Source of the DNA: Candidatus Moraniibacteriota bacterium
GTDB taxonomy: Bacteria > Patescibacteriota > Minisyncoccia > Moranbacterales > UBA1568
Length of the DNA: 59,473 nt
Reading direction: 5' to 3'
Assembly: GCA_903893925.1 (NCBI GenBank)
Contig: CAITOC010000010.1
Span: forward strand, 1-59,473
The notes beneath the pieces were generated by a model that was given only the letters and a program-made list of their open reading frames with translations, made no database searches and was not told the origin of the DNA. The translations under genes and the position numbers were made by a program. Position 1 is the stretch's first letter; the number at the start of each line of letters is the position of its first letter. Positions 9,136 through 18,073 of this stretch are shown piece after piece.

Positions 9136-9747
9136 CTACAGAAGGGCCAATGGGAGGCACGACGGGATTTCAATGCAGTGACCGTTCAGACAGACATCCG
9201 TCCAGTTTACCTCAGACGACGTCGGCTGTTTCACCACCAGACAAACCGTCACCAACCGGTCACCCGTACGAAGGTTGATGGGAAATCTGAATTTCCTGTT
9301 TCCCTTGAGAGCGAGCGGGAGGCGCGATGCGACCTCGACCCAACCTGTCTCGTTCAGATGTATCAATACCGAACTATTATGCCCTCTTCGCGGAGCCTCG
9401 ACGATAATCTCCCCGGACGCCAAGACGTCCCCTTTCCTGACAACACTCGGCTGTGAGACAAAAGCGTCACGCAATCCGTTTGACCAGTCCCCGATCCTCC
9501 CATGGTTTTCGAGACAGCAGGGTTTTACATACGGGAAAGCATCTTCCCAGCCCGGTGTTTCGAGCGCTGCGAGCGCTCCAATCCGGACATACACGATCTC
9601 TCTCAAGTTTTCTCCTTTGCTGGTGAATATGATTCCGATGAAATCCGGGCGGTCTTCGGGAGATTGCGCCCGTATGACACAATCCTTTCCCTTGTGCGTA
9701 CCGGAAACCACCCGATATATGATGCTGTCTTTCCTGATTATTGACAT
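9136..9747 (-). CDS. Hypothetical protein (203 aa, no recognisable domain)
   Basis: ORF with a GGAGGG RBS 5 nt upstream of the ATG at 9747. No TM segment or known motif was recognised. Confidence 0.6.
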   Translation of the reverse strand: MSIIRKDSIIYRVVSGTHKGKDCVIRAQSPEDRPDFIGIIFTSKGENLREIVYVRIGALAALETPGWEDAFPYVKPCCLENHGRIGDWSNGLRDAFVSQPSVVRKGDVLASGEIIVEAPRRGHNSSVLIHLNETGWVEVASRLPLALKGNRKFRFPINLRTGDRLVTVCLVVKQPTSSEVNWTDVCLNGHCIEIPSCLPLALL

Positions 9748-9922
9748 TTTCCCTCCTTTTTCTGGTTGCGTTTCGTTTCAATATTTCAATTCCACATTCT
9801 GGCACGATGACGTTCCGGTTTTGGAAAGAAACATCATAAGCCTTTCAGGGGTCATACGCAATATATGGTTCTGACCGATACGACCGCAATGAAAATTTTT
9901 CTTGCGTTCCCGTCTTCATCCT

Positions 9923-9973
9923 GCTCCCCTGCCGGAGGGGAGCTCCCGAGTCTTCGAGGGTGAGGGGTGGGAG
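9923..9973 (+). repeat. G-rich two-hairpin repeat GCTCCCCTGCCnGAGGGGAGC..GAGGTGAGGGGTGGGAG (copy 1)
   Basis: A near copy lies at 13417-13467. The first hairpin is GCTCCCCT/AGGGGAGC. A partially complementary CCCTCACCC follows at ~10001. Confidence 0.5.
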
Positions 9974-10066
9974 ACTTTCTGAAGAGGCAGACAAGCCGGC
10001 CCTCACCCTATCCTCTCTCAAAGAGAGAGGTGGAAGAATATCACAGTATTCTATTTCTAAACCCCA

Positions 10067-10558
10067 CTAACCGTATAATCCATTTTTCAGTGCTTGCCGT
10101 TCTTTCAACAGCGCCGCGATGAAAATTTTCTCGGGAAGCGACGTGTTGGGATGTTCAGGACCGACATCATGATAGATGAAGTCCTCTTCGGTCGCGAGCA
10201 ACGCCTCTTGAACCTTGGTATTCTGCGCCACTTTCTCCCGGATGAACTCCCGGATAAGTTGCTGATGTTCCGAAGAATTATATTCGTACCGTTCCCCCTG
10301 CCAATAGACGAACGCCGGGACGTCTTTTCGAATGAACTTCGTCACTTCCCGGCCTTTCTTCATCGCCTGCATCCCCTTCATGGCAAAAACCTCGTTTCGC
10401 GTCTTCTCATCCTCGAATTTGATGCCTTGCAGTGCCGCCTCGACACACGGGAATGTGATCCCTTCGATCGTAAACGGGGTATGAGCGAGGTTGGACAGTA
10501 TCTTCGCCCGCCAGTCTTTCGAATCGGACCGGATATTCACTCGTGCTATGGTCATCAT
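10067..10558 (-). CDS. NADAR (YbiA/DUF1768)-like domain protein
   Basis: ORF trimmed to ATGATG at 10558/10555, preceded by GAGGAGGG. LSNLAHTPFTIEGITFPCVEAALQGIKF resembles the YbiA motif FSNFAAWPIKVDGKTWPTSEHYFQAQKF, and ALLAT resembles ALLLAT. The usual E-H pair reads V-E-A here. Confidence 0.5.
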   Translation of the reverse strand: MMTIARVNIRSDSKDWRAKILSNLAHTPFTIEGITFPCVEAALQGIKFEDEKTRNEVFAMKGMQAMKKGREVTKFIRKDVPAFVYWQGERYEYNSSEHQQLIREFIREKVAQNTKVQEALLATEEDFIYHDVGPEHPNTSLPEKIFIAALLKERQALKNGLYG

Positions 10559-10920
10559 TCCCTCCTCTTTTGCGTTTATTGCGGTTATTAATGAATAACG
10601 CATGATAGCAGACGAGCGGAGACTGTCAACGGATGAGGCGACCTCGAAGTAAAAAACCGCAACTGGAATATCAGCTACGGTCCTTACGACTATCCTCCGG
10701 GTTTTCATTCGATCGCGAAAACGGTGGACGTTCTCCAATAGCCTTCCTCGTCCTGGGGAAGAAACCACATGTTTTTCCCGAGAGAAAGGTAGAGAATGAC
10801 ACACCGACTGAAAGGAAGCGGCTTATTATCACGGACGATGGTCCGTATGCCGTTCTCATCCGCCGTGCCAAACCGATACCACAAAAAAAGAGACCCAATG
10901 CGGGTCTTTTTTTTCCTAAT

Positions 10921-10952
10921 GAGCGGGTAACGGGAATTTCGTCCTCGACGCC
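10921..10952 (-). repeat. Copy of the last 17 nt of tRNA-Gly(CCC) plus 15 nt of the tRNA-Gly-associated module
   Basis: gagcgggtaacgggaat matches 11150-11166 and 11348-11364. It is preceded by a copy of the tRNA's downstream terminator hairpin (10888-10915). Confidence 0.7.
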
Positions 10953-11154
10953 CTATCTCAGAATAAACTACCCCGTGGCAAGCCGCGAGGTATCCTCCGA
11001 CTTGTCATCCCGGACTTGATCCGGGATCCAGTCCCACTCCGTGAGACATATCCGCGGCAAGCCGCGAGGAATTAACCCTAAAAGAGATTAAATCTCTAGG
11101 CGGGCCGCCCTGTGGGCGAGCCTCGCTCAAAATTTTCTCCGAAAATTTTGAGCG

Positions 11155-11299
11155 GGTAACGGGAATTTCGTCCTCGACGCCTGCTGACGTCTCGTTGTCC
11201 AGGGCAGCGCTGAATGCTTCCTATCCGGTCGCATTCATCGACGCTCGACTGCGGCGCCTCCGCTTGCGTCTCGCTTCTGCCCGTTCGATTCCCGTTACC
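11155..11299. repeat. 145-bp stem-loop element bounded by 12-bp inverted repeats made of tRNA-Gly T-arm/acceptor sequence
   Basis: GGTAACGGGAAT at 11155-11166 pairs with ATTCCCGTTACC at 11288-11299. The interior 11167-11246 is almost identical to 20966-21045. Confidence 0.6.
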
Positions 11300-11348
11300 A
11301 CAAAGAAAGCAAAAGAGGCCCGATGCGGGTCTCTTTTGCTTTCCTATG

Positions 11349-11419
11349 AGCGGGTAACGGGAATCGAACCCGTGTCCCTAGCTTGGGAAGCTAGTGTACT
11401 ACCATTGTACTATACCCGC
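11349..11419 (-). tRNA. tRNA-Gly(CCC)
   Basis: The reverse complement is GCGGGTATAGTACAATGGTAGTACACTAGCTTCCCAAGCTAGGGACACGGGTTCGATTCCCGTTACCCGCT. It folds as a cloverleaf with anticodon loop TTCCCAA and has no encoded CCA. Confidence 0.9.
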
Positions 11420-11771
11420 CTTCGCTAAAGCTTCGGCAGGGCTCTGCCCGCCTTCGCTACGCTTTGGCGTGGCAAGCCCGCCTTATTCTGCTGTGAGCTC
11501 GGTGCTACCAACTATTCTACCCGCCTACGCTACGCTTCGGCGTGGCGATGCCCGCCACTCACTATTGCTTCCCACGTGGCAATGTCCTCCCTTTCATCAC
11601 TTAACCCGCTCGTTTATCACGTCGTTCTCGAACGACGTGACGAGACTGCAATATTGTAGCACGGAGAAACGTCTTGTAAAGAGCGCTTTCTTTCGGAAAG
11701 AAGCGGGGATATGCTTTTCAAAGCCGGGTTCCCATGCTACGCTGACACTGTAATATCACTCGAAAAACCAC

Positions 11772-13187
11772 ATGCATTCGTTCTTCACTCGCGGCCGCAT
11801 CATTGCGATAGCCGTCGTTGTCGTACTCGTCGTCTTTGGTGGACTCTTTTTTTGGTACGCGATGACTCACAAGCAGCAGATGGCTATCGGCGGACTGGCT
11901 ATGTTCACCAAGGTTACCGACCTGCTCCCGATCGCACCGGATACGAAAAAAGAGATCGACACCGTCAATACCCTCGTCTCCGCGTTCACGAAAACCGACG
12001 GGCAAACGCATACCTTCCTCCTCATGTTACAGAACAACTATGAACTCCGCCCAGGTGGCGGTTTCCTCGGCCAGTACGGCGTACTCAAGGTGAAAGACGG
12101 ACAGATTGTCTCCTTCTTCGTCGAAGACGCGAACTTGCTTAGTGAACGGATGACAGCGAGTATCACTCCGCCATATCCTTTCATAAAATACATCGCCACC
12201 AAGCGTTGGTCATTCCGTGATTCGAACTGGAGTCCGAGCTTCCCGGAGAACGTCACGAAGGCGGAATACTTCTATCACCTGTCTGGCGGACGTGAATCAT
12301 TCGAAGGTGCCATCGCGATCAATGCCGACGTACTCAACCACCTCATCGGCGTGACCGGACCGATCACCCTTCCCGGCTTCGGCACCTTCACAAGCGATAA
12401 TGCGGCGATGGACCTCGAAGCAGACGTCGAGAAGAACTACCTCGGCCCAGATGTCCCGGCCGAACTCAAACAGGCCCGCAAGAACGTGATGAAACAGCTC
12501 GCCGCGCAGATCGTGAGCCACATCTCGAGTCTCGGCGACCTGAAAAAAATCTCCGATCTCGGACTACAGGAACTACGTGACAAGAACGTACAGCTGTATT
12601 TTACCGACACAACACTCCAACAACAGGTCGCGGACGTCCACTGGGACGGCTCGGTTTCCAAGGATTGGAACCAGGACTACCTCATGGTCGTCGATGCGAA
12701 TATGGGCTCGCTCAAAAGCGACTTTTACATGAAACGTTCGCTCGACTATGTCGTAGACTTTACCGCCGACAAGCCGACGGCGACCTTGACCTATACATAC
12801 GACCATACGGCGGCGCGTGGCGACTGGCGGACAAGCGACTACCACACTTGGACACGAGTGCTTGCTCCCAAGGGGTCTGTCTATGTCGAGGGAAGTCGGG
12901 TGAAGACCGGTGGCGTTTCCTCGGCGGACTCGGCTGATTGGAACAAGACCGTTTTCAGTTATAAAGTGGACGCGGTGATGGGCCAGACGCTCCCGACCGG
13001 CATCAGCTACACACTCCCTGACACCATCACTGCCGACAACTACCAGCTCCTCATTCAAAAAGAGTCCGGTACAGGCACCATCCCGGTCACGGTTACCGTG
13101 AAGACGAAAGACAAGACCTATACCCAAAAAGCCGACCTCACCAAGGATCTCCGATTCTCCTTCCAGACGACCGGTCAGAAGCAATAG
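11772..13187 (+). CDS. DUF4012 domain membrane-anchored protein
   Basis: N-terminal TM helix. NNYELRPGGGFLGQYGVLKVKDGQIV matches the DUF4012 core (ELR..GGF.G.Y) as I recall it. Confidence 0.75.
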   Translation: MHSFFTRGRIIAIAVVVVLVVFGGLFFWYAMTHKQQMAIGGLAMFTKVTDLLPIAPDTKKEIDTVNTLVSAFTKTDGQTHTFLLMLQNNYELRPGGGFLGQYGVLKVKDGQIVSFFVEDANLLSERMTASITPPYPFIKYIATKRWSFRDSNWSPSFPENVTKAEYFYHLSGGRESFEGAIAINADVLNHLIGVTGPITLPGFGTFTSDNAAMDLEADVEKNYLGPDVPAELKQARKNVMKQLAAQIVSHISSLGDLKKISDLGLQELRDKNVQLYFTDTTLQQQVADVHWDGSVSKDWNQDYLMVVDANMGSLKSDFYMKRSLDYVVDFTADKPTATLTYTYDHTAARGDWRTSDYHTWTRVLAPKGSVYVEGSRVKTGGVSSADSADWNKTVFSYKVDAVMGQTLPTGISYTLPDTITADNYQLLIQKESGTGTIPVTVTVKTKDKTYTQKADLTKDLRFSFQTTGQKQ

Positions 13188-13223
13188 ACGGACAACAAAG
13201 AGCAGTTAACAAATCGTAGGGAA

Positions 13224-13260
13224 CCGAAGTCTAAACCTTCGTCGAAGGTTTAGACTTCGG
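13224..13260. terminator. 17-bp perfect palindrome (CCGAAGTCTAAACCTTC gtc GAAGGTTTAGACTTCGG) after the DUF4012 gene
   Basis: The arms pair perfectly around the triloop gtc. A T-run follows ~20 nt later (13275-13281). It belongs to the same family as 1157-1193. Confidence 0.5.
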
Positions 13261-13416
13261 AGAATCTTCGGAAGAGAAGAAGTCTTTTTTCGGCGTCCGT
13301 AATAGGCTGATTCGGGGTTGAAACTTATCCCAAGGAATGCTACGCTCGATATGGAATATTAAGACTCCCAGTTATCTGTTATTAGTTCTCTGTCGGGAGT
13401 TCTTCCCATACTGCCC

Positions 13417-13467
13417 GCTCCCCTGCCTGAGGGGAGCTCCTCGGTTTTGCGAGGTGAGGGGTGGGAG
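13417..13467 (+). repeat. G-rich two-hairpin repeat (copy 2)
   Basis: gctcccctgcctgaggggagctcctcggttttgcgaggtgaggggtgggag; compare 9923-9973. Confidence 0.5.
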
Positions 13468-13560
13468 TAAGTTCCCTGTTATCTGTTGCCCGCTCGTCCT
13501 TGCGAACGGGTCCGCGCACTCCGCCACGGAGATGTCGCGGATAAGTTGTCAGTTAAATAT

Positions 13561-15303
13561 ATGCCTTACGACCTCTCCACTGTCCGCCACTCCCTTGCGC
13601 ACATCCTCGCAATGGCCATTCTCAAGCGTGATCCGGGGGCAACACTCGGCACCGGGCCCTCGACCGAGGACGGTTTTTTCTACGATATCCTTTTTTCTGA
13701 GGGACAAAACGTCTCTCCAGACGATTTCAAGTCGATCATCGAAGATATGCGCTCGATCGTGAAAAAGAAGCTCCCGTTCGTCCAAAGATTACTGACCGCG
13801 GATGAAGCTCGGGAGCTCTTCAAAAAAAATCCGTTCAAGCTCGAAATCATCGGTGAAGCCGAGTCACGTGGCGAAGACATCACCATATTTGAGACGGGCG
13901 ATTTCGTCGATCTGTGTGCCGGACCGCATGTCGAGAACACGGGCGACATCGATTTACTCTCCTTCTCACTCAAGGGTCTTGCCGGTGCGTACTGGCGTGG
14001 CGACGAGCAGAATCCGATGCTGGTCCGTATCTCGGGGTTCGCCTTCGAAAACAAGTCCGCCCTCGTCGCGCATCTCGCTTTGCTCGAAGAAGCCAAAAAA
14101 CGCGATCACCGTAAACTCGGAAAGGAACTCAATCTCTTCACCATTTCCCCGCTCGTGGGCGCGGGACTTCCGCTCATGCAGCCCAAAGGCATGATCATCC
14201 GCCAGAAGATCGAAGATCTTCTCTGGAAACTCCACGAGGACAAGGGCTATTCACGCGTCTGGACCCCGCATATCGCGAAGGAAGAGCTCTATGTCACGTC
14301 CGGACATGCCGCCAAGTTCGGCGACGAACTCTTTCGCGTCACAGGCAAGGAAGAACAGTTCATCATGAAGCCGATGAACTGCCCGCACCACATGCAGATC
14401 TTCGCGGACAACCGGTTCTCGTATCGCGATCTCCCGGTCCGCTATTTCGAGCCGGCTACCGTGTATCGTGACGAAAAATCCGGCCAGCTCGGAGGCCTCA
14501 CCCGCGTGCGTGCCATCACCCAAGATGACGGTCATCTTTTCTGTCGTGTCTCACAAATCAAGGAGGAGGTCTCGACTATCGTCTCGATCATCCGGGAATT
14601 TTACACGATCTTCGGACTCATGGACGGGTATTGGGTCTCACTCTCGGTCCGAGGCGAGGATAAGGAAAAATACCTGGGCAGTGATGAGGCATGGGACAAT
14701 GCCGAGAGCGCGCTTGAGAACGCTGCCAAGGAGAACGATCTCAATTACAGACGGGTCGAGGGTGAGGCCGCCTTCTACGGACCCAAGCTCGACTTCATGT
14801 TCAAGGACGCCATCGGCCGGGAATGGCAACTCGCTACCATTCAGTGCGACTTCAACCTGCCCGAGCGCTTCGACCTCTCGTTCACGAACGAAGAGGGCGT
14901 AGCCGAGCGTCCGGTCGTGATACATCGTGCCATCTCGGGTTCGCTCGAGCGGTTCATGGGTATCATGATCGAGCACTATGCCGGTGCATTCCCCTTCTGG
15001 CTTTCCCCGGTCCAAGTCGATATCCTCCCGATCGGTGAGGCTCATCAGGCGTACGGAGCCGAAGTCACGACACTCCTCAAGAAGGCCGGTATCCGTACCG
15101 AACTCCATGCTGAGAACGAATCCCTCGGCAAGCGCATCCGCAATGCCAAAGTCGGCAAAGTGCCGTACTATATCGTCTTAGGCGACGCGGAAGTCACGAG
15201 CCAAACCGTCACTCTCGAAAGCCGCACCGACGGCAAGATCGGCGAACTCTCCCACGACGACCTCCTTACGCGATTTGCAAAGGAAAATATCCCCGCTGCC
15301 TGA
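13561..15303 (+). CDS. thrS: Threonine--tRNA ligase lacking the N-terminal TGS domain
   Basis: ORF trimmed to ATG 13561 (MPYDLSTVRHSLAHILAMAI). Starts at the editing-domain HxxxH motif. Class II core motifs are present (FIMKPMNCPHH, LTRVRAITQDDGHLF, GEAAFYGPKLDF). Confidence 0.92.
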   Translation: MPYDLSTVRHSLAHILAMAILKRDPGATLGTGPSTEDGFFYDILFSEGQNVSPDDFKSIIEDMRSIVKKKLPFVQRLLTADEARELFKKNPFKLEIIGEAESRGEDITIFETGDFVDLCAGPHVENTGDIDLLSFSLKGLAGAYWRGDEQNPMLVRISGFAFENKSALVAHLALLEEAKKRDHRKLGKELNLFTISPLVGAGLPLMQPKGMIIRQKIEDLLWKLHEDKGYSRVWTPHIAKEELYVTSGHAAKFGDELFRVTGKEEQFIMKPMNCPHHMQIFADNRFSYRDLPVRYFEPATVYRDEKSGQLGGLTRVRAITQDDGHLFCRVSQIKEEVSTIVSIIREFYTIFGLMDGYWVSLSVRGEDKEKYLGSDEAWDNAESALENAAKENDLNYRRVEGEAAFYGPKLDFMFKDAIGREWQLATIQCDFNLPERFDLSFTNEEGVAERPVVIHRAISGSLERFMGIMIEHYAGAFPFWLSPVQVDILPIGEAHQAYGAEVTTLLKKAGIRTELHAENESLGKRIRNAKVGKVPYYIVLGDAEVTSQTVTLESRTDGKIGELSHDDLLTRFAKENIPAA

Positions 15304-15338
15304 AACCACTGCAAAGAAAAGCAGCGAGTCATTAAATA

Positions 15339-15375
15339 AGAGACGAGGCCTTTCAGAGAGGTCTCGTCTCTTTTC
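15339..15375. terminator. Bidirectional hairpin terminator inside the islet
   Basis: AGAGACGAG..CTCGTCTCT followed by TTTC. On the minus strand it is followed by TTATTTAAT. It lies between the thrS stop and the 15393 gene stop. Confidence 0.5.
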
Positions 15376-15392
15376 AATAGAGTCTCGTCTGC

Positions 15393-16079
15393 TTATTCAT
15401 CCAGCCTGAACGTTCCCACTATTTCCTCCATAGTCCTCAAGCTGTCCTGATCATTTTCAGTGAATGCCAAATGAAAAACATAAAATTGATCACTGTTCTT
15501 GAAAATAATCGCCGAACGAGGTGAAGAATCAGTCGTGCCCAAGGAAAGATATTCTTTGCCGATAAGATTGCCCGCCTGAAATACGAAACTTTGCGTCCCA
15601 ACTTCTTGGGTAAATCCAAGCGAAACTGCCAGCTGATCGATATCCGTATCGGTTTTTTCATACATGATCATTCCCACCAGTCGAAAATCCTGTGGTCGCG
15701 ACTCCTCTGCATATTCAATAGAATCCTTATTGGACCAAAAAACTGAACTGCCTTGCTTGGCCTTTTCTCCGTTTCCAAGATCGACTTCCGTCAAAGCGGT
15801 CGTGTCAGCATCATCGGCAAAGATGTGCCAGTCTTTGGGATAATTGAGGCTATAGGAAAACGCCGAATTTTGATACGCTTGCCAATCGGATTCGCTTTTT
15901 GCATTTGTCAAACTCGGATTTTTGTAATCTTGCGTAAAACCTTCCTGGGTCAATTGCTGTTTTATTTTTTTATTTTTATACACTCCAAACAAGCCAACAG
16001 CTAAAATAATCAACACCGCCAAAGCGATACCGATGACTATTCTTTTTTTGGTGAAAATCTTTTTTATTTCAAATTTCAT
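15393..16079 (-). CDS. Hypothetical membrane-anchored exported protein
   Basis: 228-aa ORF with an N-terminal TM helix (IVIGIALAVLIILAVGLFGV). It lies in an AT-rich segment. No domain was recognised. Confidence 0.6.
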   Translation of the reverse strand: MKFEIKKIFTKKRIVIGIALAVLIILAVGLFGVYKNKKIKQQLTQEGFTQDYKNPSLTNAKSESDWQAYQNSAFSYSLNYPKDWHIFADDADTTALTEVDLGNGEKAKQGSSVFWSNKDSIEYAEESRPQDFRLVGMIMYEKTDTDIDQLAVSLGFTQEVGTQSFVFQAGNLIGKEYLSLGTTDSSPRSAIIFKNSDQFYVFHLAFTENDQDSLRTMEEIVGTFRLDE

Positions 16080-16089
16080 ATTGCAGGTT

Positions 16090-16123
16090 AGGAGTTCGAC
16101 TCCCTATAGGGAGTCGAACTCCT
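16090..16123. repeat. 15-bp-stem palindrome AGGAGTTCGACTCCC tata GGGAGTCGAACTCCT
   Basis: A second copy lies at 34644-34679. The arm AGGAGTTCG is shared with the ~90-nt repeat family. Confidence 0.6.
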
Positions 16124-16145
16124 TTATTTCTTTTTATCGTAAGTT

Positions 16146-18050
16146 TTACCACGTGCAAGTGGTCGTGCCGTCCGAGGTAAAGACCCATGTCGTCGATCCA
16201 CCCTTACAAACACACGTCCGATACCCACTCGTGAGTGCAATCGTTCCATCATGTGTCGCATCGCACGCATACGGTTGCGCCGATTCCTTTTTCAATTTCA
16301 CTTCCCCATTGACATCCAACGTCGCAGCCGGAGAAGTGGTGCCGATGCCAACGTTGCCAGCATTCGAAATATACATTCTATCGTAGTACGCACCTGATGT
16401 GTAGGTCGCAAATTTTACCGCATTAGCACCAGATACCCGCATATCACCATCGCTGGCAAGCCAACCAAAATATGTCCCCGGTACAGAATATCCGTCATAT
16501 TTCAGCATCACATGATCTGTGCTATCTGGTGATTCTAAGTAAATACCTGTCATTTTATTACCTGAGGCTGCTTTGGCTTGGAATGGGAATGTACCTCCTT
16601 TATCTGGTGAAACCAAACCTATTATTATGCGCCCATCATCAGCAATATCAAAAAATTTCGTCCCACTGGGTGTATACCCCTCAAATAGATGCCCAGTCTG
16701 CGCAACTCCCATGACTGTTTTCAATATTGGGTTAGTTTGGAAGAGGGTTCCAGTAACAGTAAGTTCTGGCACACCAACGCTACCCGCTATTTGTACGCCA
16801 CCATCAGTGCCGCTGGTTGCAGTCGCGGCCCCAGCAACATTGTTTGTATAAACAGTGAGAGAGAGAAGTCCCGCGCTGTCTTTTTTTTCTAAATAAACAT
16901 TTGCTCCAAATTGAGTCGCGCTAACCAATGGGCCAAGCGTGGCATTTCCATTAATTGCAGTGGCCAAATTGACAGCACACGCAGAGTTAGACCCCGCACT
17001 AACACACTGAAAGGATGTCCCCTCAGTAAGGGCTATTGATGTTCCATTAACGGCAGTCTGAAAAATTTTCCCCCCGGTGCTACTGTAATCGACAATAGTG
17101 TAGAATCGTCGCCCTACACCACCTGCAAGTTTTAATGCAGCACCAGTTGTATTCGTTGTGGATTGCGACCATGCGGATTGACCCATAAGCATAGTAGCGG
17201 CAGGCGGCACATCTGAGGCGACTGCTCCGCTGACAATCGCATTGCCCCGGACGTCTAACTTCGCTCCAGCTGCTGTCGTCCCAATCCCTACATTTCCAAG
17301 ATTAACCAAATTCTTTCCATTCAAATCAATTGCTCCAGTTGCGCCGGAATATGGAATCGCTCCGACCTGGCCAGCGGTGAGGCCGGTGATTTTCGAACCA
17401 TCCAAAGCTGCATATGCCCCGGTCAAGTTGTCAGCGATGAATGTCTGACCAGTCGCCCAGTTCAAAATCCCACCCAAGGCTCCACCCGTTGTCGAGAGTT
17501 TGCCAGACAATGAACTATCCAGACCGCTGATTTGACCAGTTTGCAAACCGGTGATTTTCGAACCGTCGAGTGCTGCAAATGCGCCGGTCAAATTATCAGC
17601 CGAAAAAGTCTGATTGCTCGCCCAATTCAAAATACCAGAAAGAGCACCGCCACTCGGGGAAAGTTTTCCAGCCAATAATGCGACCAGTCCATCTACCTGA
17701 TTTACGCTCACATTTCCCGATTGAGAATTATTTGAGGCTATTATCTTTTCCTGAATTAAATCATCCAAGCCACGAATTTTACTTGTTCCTAATCCACCAT
17801 CTTTTACAGCTTGATCATCAATTGAGCCTTTCTTGAGATGAAAACTTGAAAAAACTCCTTTCCAATCATCGCTTTTTTTCTTGATTTCCGAGAGCACATA
17901 TTTTTCCGCATTCTTCTTGACCGCATCCGCTTCAATTTTTGTAAAATACGTTTTCCAATAATTTTTGGCAGGCGCGCTTTCTGCTGCTCGTGCATTCATC
18001 CCAAACACCAAAAAACCGGCCCCGAAAAAAATCAGCGCCAGCCTGAGCAC
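16146..18050 (-). CDS. Secreted tail-fibre-like repeat protein
   Basis: GTG start at 18050 followed by a signal-like LRLALIFFGAGFLVFGMNARA. Tandem ~48-aa repeats (GKLSxxGGALxGILNWAxxQTFxADNLTGAxAALDGSKITGL). GNVGIGTTxxxAxLDVxG motifs recur as in phage fibre / endosialidase-associated proteins. The C-terminus is Cys-rich. Confidence 0.65.
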   Translation of the reverse strand: MLRLALIFFGAGFLVFGMNARAAESAPAKNYWKTYFTKIEADAVKKNAEKYVLSEIKKKSDDWKGVFSSFHLKKGSIDDQAVKDGGLGTSKIRGLDDLIQEKIIASNNSQSGNVSVNQVDGLVALLAGKLSPSGGALSGILNWASNQTFSADNLTGAFAALDGSKITGLQTGQISGLDSSLSGKLSTTGGALGGILNWATGQTFIADNLTGAYAALDGSKITGLTAGQVGAIPYSGATGAIDLNGKNLVNLGNVGIGTTAAGAKLDVRGNAIVSGAVASDVPPAATMLMGQSAWSQSTTNTTGAALKLAGGVGRRFYTIVDYSSTGGKIFQTAVNGTSIALTEGTSFQCVSAGSNSACAVNLATAINGNATLGPLVSATQFGANVYLEKKDSAGLLSLTVYTNNVAGAATATSGTDGGVQIAGSVGVPELTVTGTLFQTNPILKTVMGVAQTGHLFEGYTPSGTKFFDIADDGRIIIGLVSPDKGGTFPFQAKAASGNKMTGIYLESPDSTDHVMLKYDGYSVPGTYFGWLASDGDMRVSGANAVKFATYTSGAYYDRMYISNAGNVGIGTTSPAATLDVNGEVKLKKESAQPYACDATHDGTIALTSGYRTCVCKGGSTTWVFTSDGTTTCTW

Positions 18051-18073
18051 GGTTTTGGATTTTCTACCTTTTA

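Noticed and set aside
10559-11348. ORFs 10633..11019 (+) and 10671..10898 (-) as genes in the gap before tRNA-Gly
   Set aside because: They read straight through tRNA-derived repeats, terminator hairpins and palindromes (ERVTGI is the translated tRNA 3' end). They have no RBS and are not credible coding sequence.
11420-11600. A possible CRISPR array (5 x CCCGCC at 30-43-nt intervals)
   Set aside because: The repeat unit is only ~6-12 nt of real identity. The spacers are themselves related to each other. No cas genes are present. The units derive from the adjacent tRNA.
13188-13560. T-box or other leader riboswitch in front of thrS
   Set aside because: No T-box sequence (AAnnnGGGTGGTACCGCG-like) or specifier/antiterminator arrangement was found. 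The G-rich element there is a repeat also present at 9923.
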